NCBI GenBank assembly: GCA_002104905.1 | Contig: MCFE01000004.1 | Location: forward strand, 62,001 to 126,000 | Direction: 5' to 3' | DNA: 64,000 nucleotides | DNA from: Basidiobolus meristosporus CBS 931.73 | Taxonomy: Eukaryota > Fungi > Basidiobolomycota | In this document: piece after piece, positions 63,402 to 64,000 of the stretch | Layout of the letters: each line of letters starts with the position of its first letter | Numbering within the stretch: the stretch's first letter is position 1 | Program-made: the position numbers and the translations under genes | Notes under the pieces: generated by a model | Databases searched by the model: none | Seen by the model: the letters and a program-made list of their open reading frames with translations, nothing else | Told to the model about the DNA's origin: nothing

Positions 63402-64000
63402 GTTATATTCCTTCTCCCTGCTGGATTCTACTCCCCTTATAGGTGTGTTCTGACTTTTGCTTGTGGGAATTCTATATTGAAGTGCTGTAGAAACTGGCTT
63501 GTGACCAAGAGAAATCTGGCATACCATGATAGAGTTTTCCTAATAAAAATAAGTTGCTTGTTGCACCCAACCCAGCTTTGCATTACTCACCTGATCACCC
63601 ACACATTAGGGCTGCTTTGCTTCTTAATTCTGTAGTTATAGGTGTCCCTATGTGTACATCTGTCCTAAGTTTTTCCCAGCTCTTCCTAGCTGTCCTCTAG
63701 GTACCAACTCATCACATCCATGATGGACCTGAAGGTAATATTCCTGATGAGATTGTGATATAGTAGTATGTGCAACTTGACTTTTCTTCCTATCTCCACT
63801 CACATCCTCTCCATAGAAAGCTCCCAAAATATGTAGTAAGGTTCAATATTCTCAACACACAAAGCAAGATTGAGTGGCAAATAGATACAGTAGTGGCAGA
63901 GATCTATAATTTCAGCTCAATTTTGGTAGTATAGTCACTCAAATCCAATCCCACACTCTTTGCACAAAAGCTTCAGATGTTTCAAGTTGGTATTAGTGAT

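Larger units (their letters stand above)
57300..64000 (-). mobile_element. heavily decayed chromovirus (Ty3/gypsy with chromodomain)
   Basis: Gag-like WENCQNLF...FKDPL at about 62300, RT LDLKDAYHQ...TAF at about 60700 and IDD at about 60550, and RNase H at about 60150. Integrase at 58000-58600, PKYEG motif at about 57735, and chromodomain EAEAIVDH...YLVKWKGCDAKYNTW at 57492-57592. Confidence 0.8.

Overview
Eukaryotic (fungal) DNA, most likely from an early-diverging, non-Dikarya fungus. This is an inference from the short 50-80 nt GT-AG introns, a 7TM-RGS receptor and protein similarity. The left part (about 0.3-23.6 kb) is a compact, CpG-rich gene block. In order it holds a DCAF11/WDR23-like WD40 gene, mitochondrial ribosomal L17, UBA3, an orphan 2-exon gene, choline/ethanolamine kinase, an MLX-like bHLH-ZIP factor, PGK, an intronless homeodomain gene, RPE, a small LTR-relic island, an intracellular LysM gene and a 7TM-RGS GPCR. 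From about 23.9 kb to the end is an almost CpG-free retrotransposon pile. It contains at least 6 nested or tandem copies of one Ty1/copia family (349-bp LTR, half-tRNAiMet PBS) and a very young 7.2-kb Ty3/gypsy element with a solo-plus-partial LTR relative. It also holds a decayed chromovirus and three members of a TIR/MITE family. Four leads stand out. (1) A mating-type-like homeodomain gene (a1/PBX-like recognition helix, atypical loop) sits tail-to-tail with PGK, the same linkage described for the putative HD MAT locus of arbuscular mycorrhizal fungi, and lies beside a centromere-like retroelement cluster. (2) All three junctions made by the gypsy family fall on an N-CG-N 4-mer in DNA where CpG is very rare, suggesting a CpG-targeting integrase without a chromodomain. 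(3) CpG is almost completely eroded to TpG/CpA in older repeat copies. (4) The MITE family carries an exact 10-bp-period TGCC array. Coordinates were read by eye, and no database search or alignment program was run.
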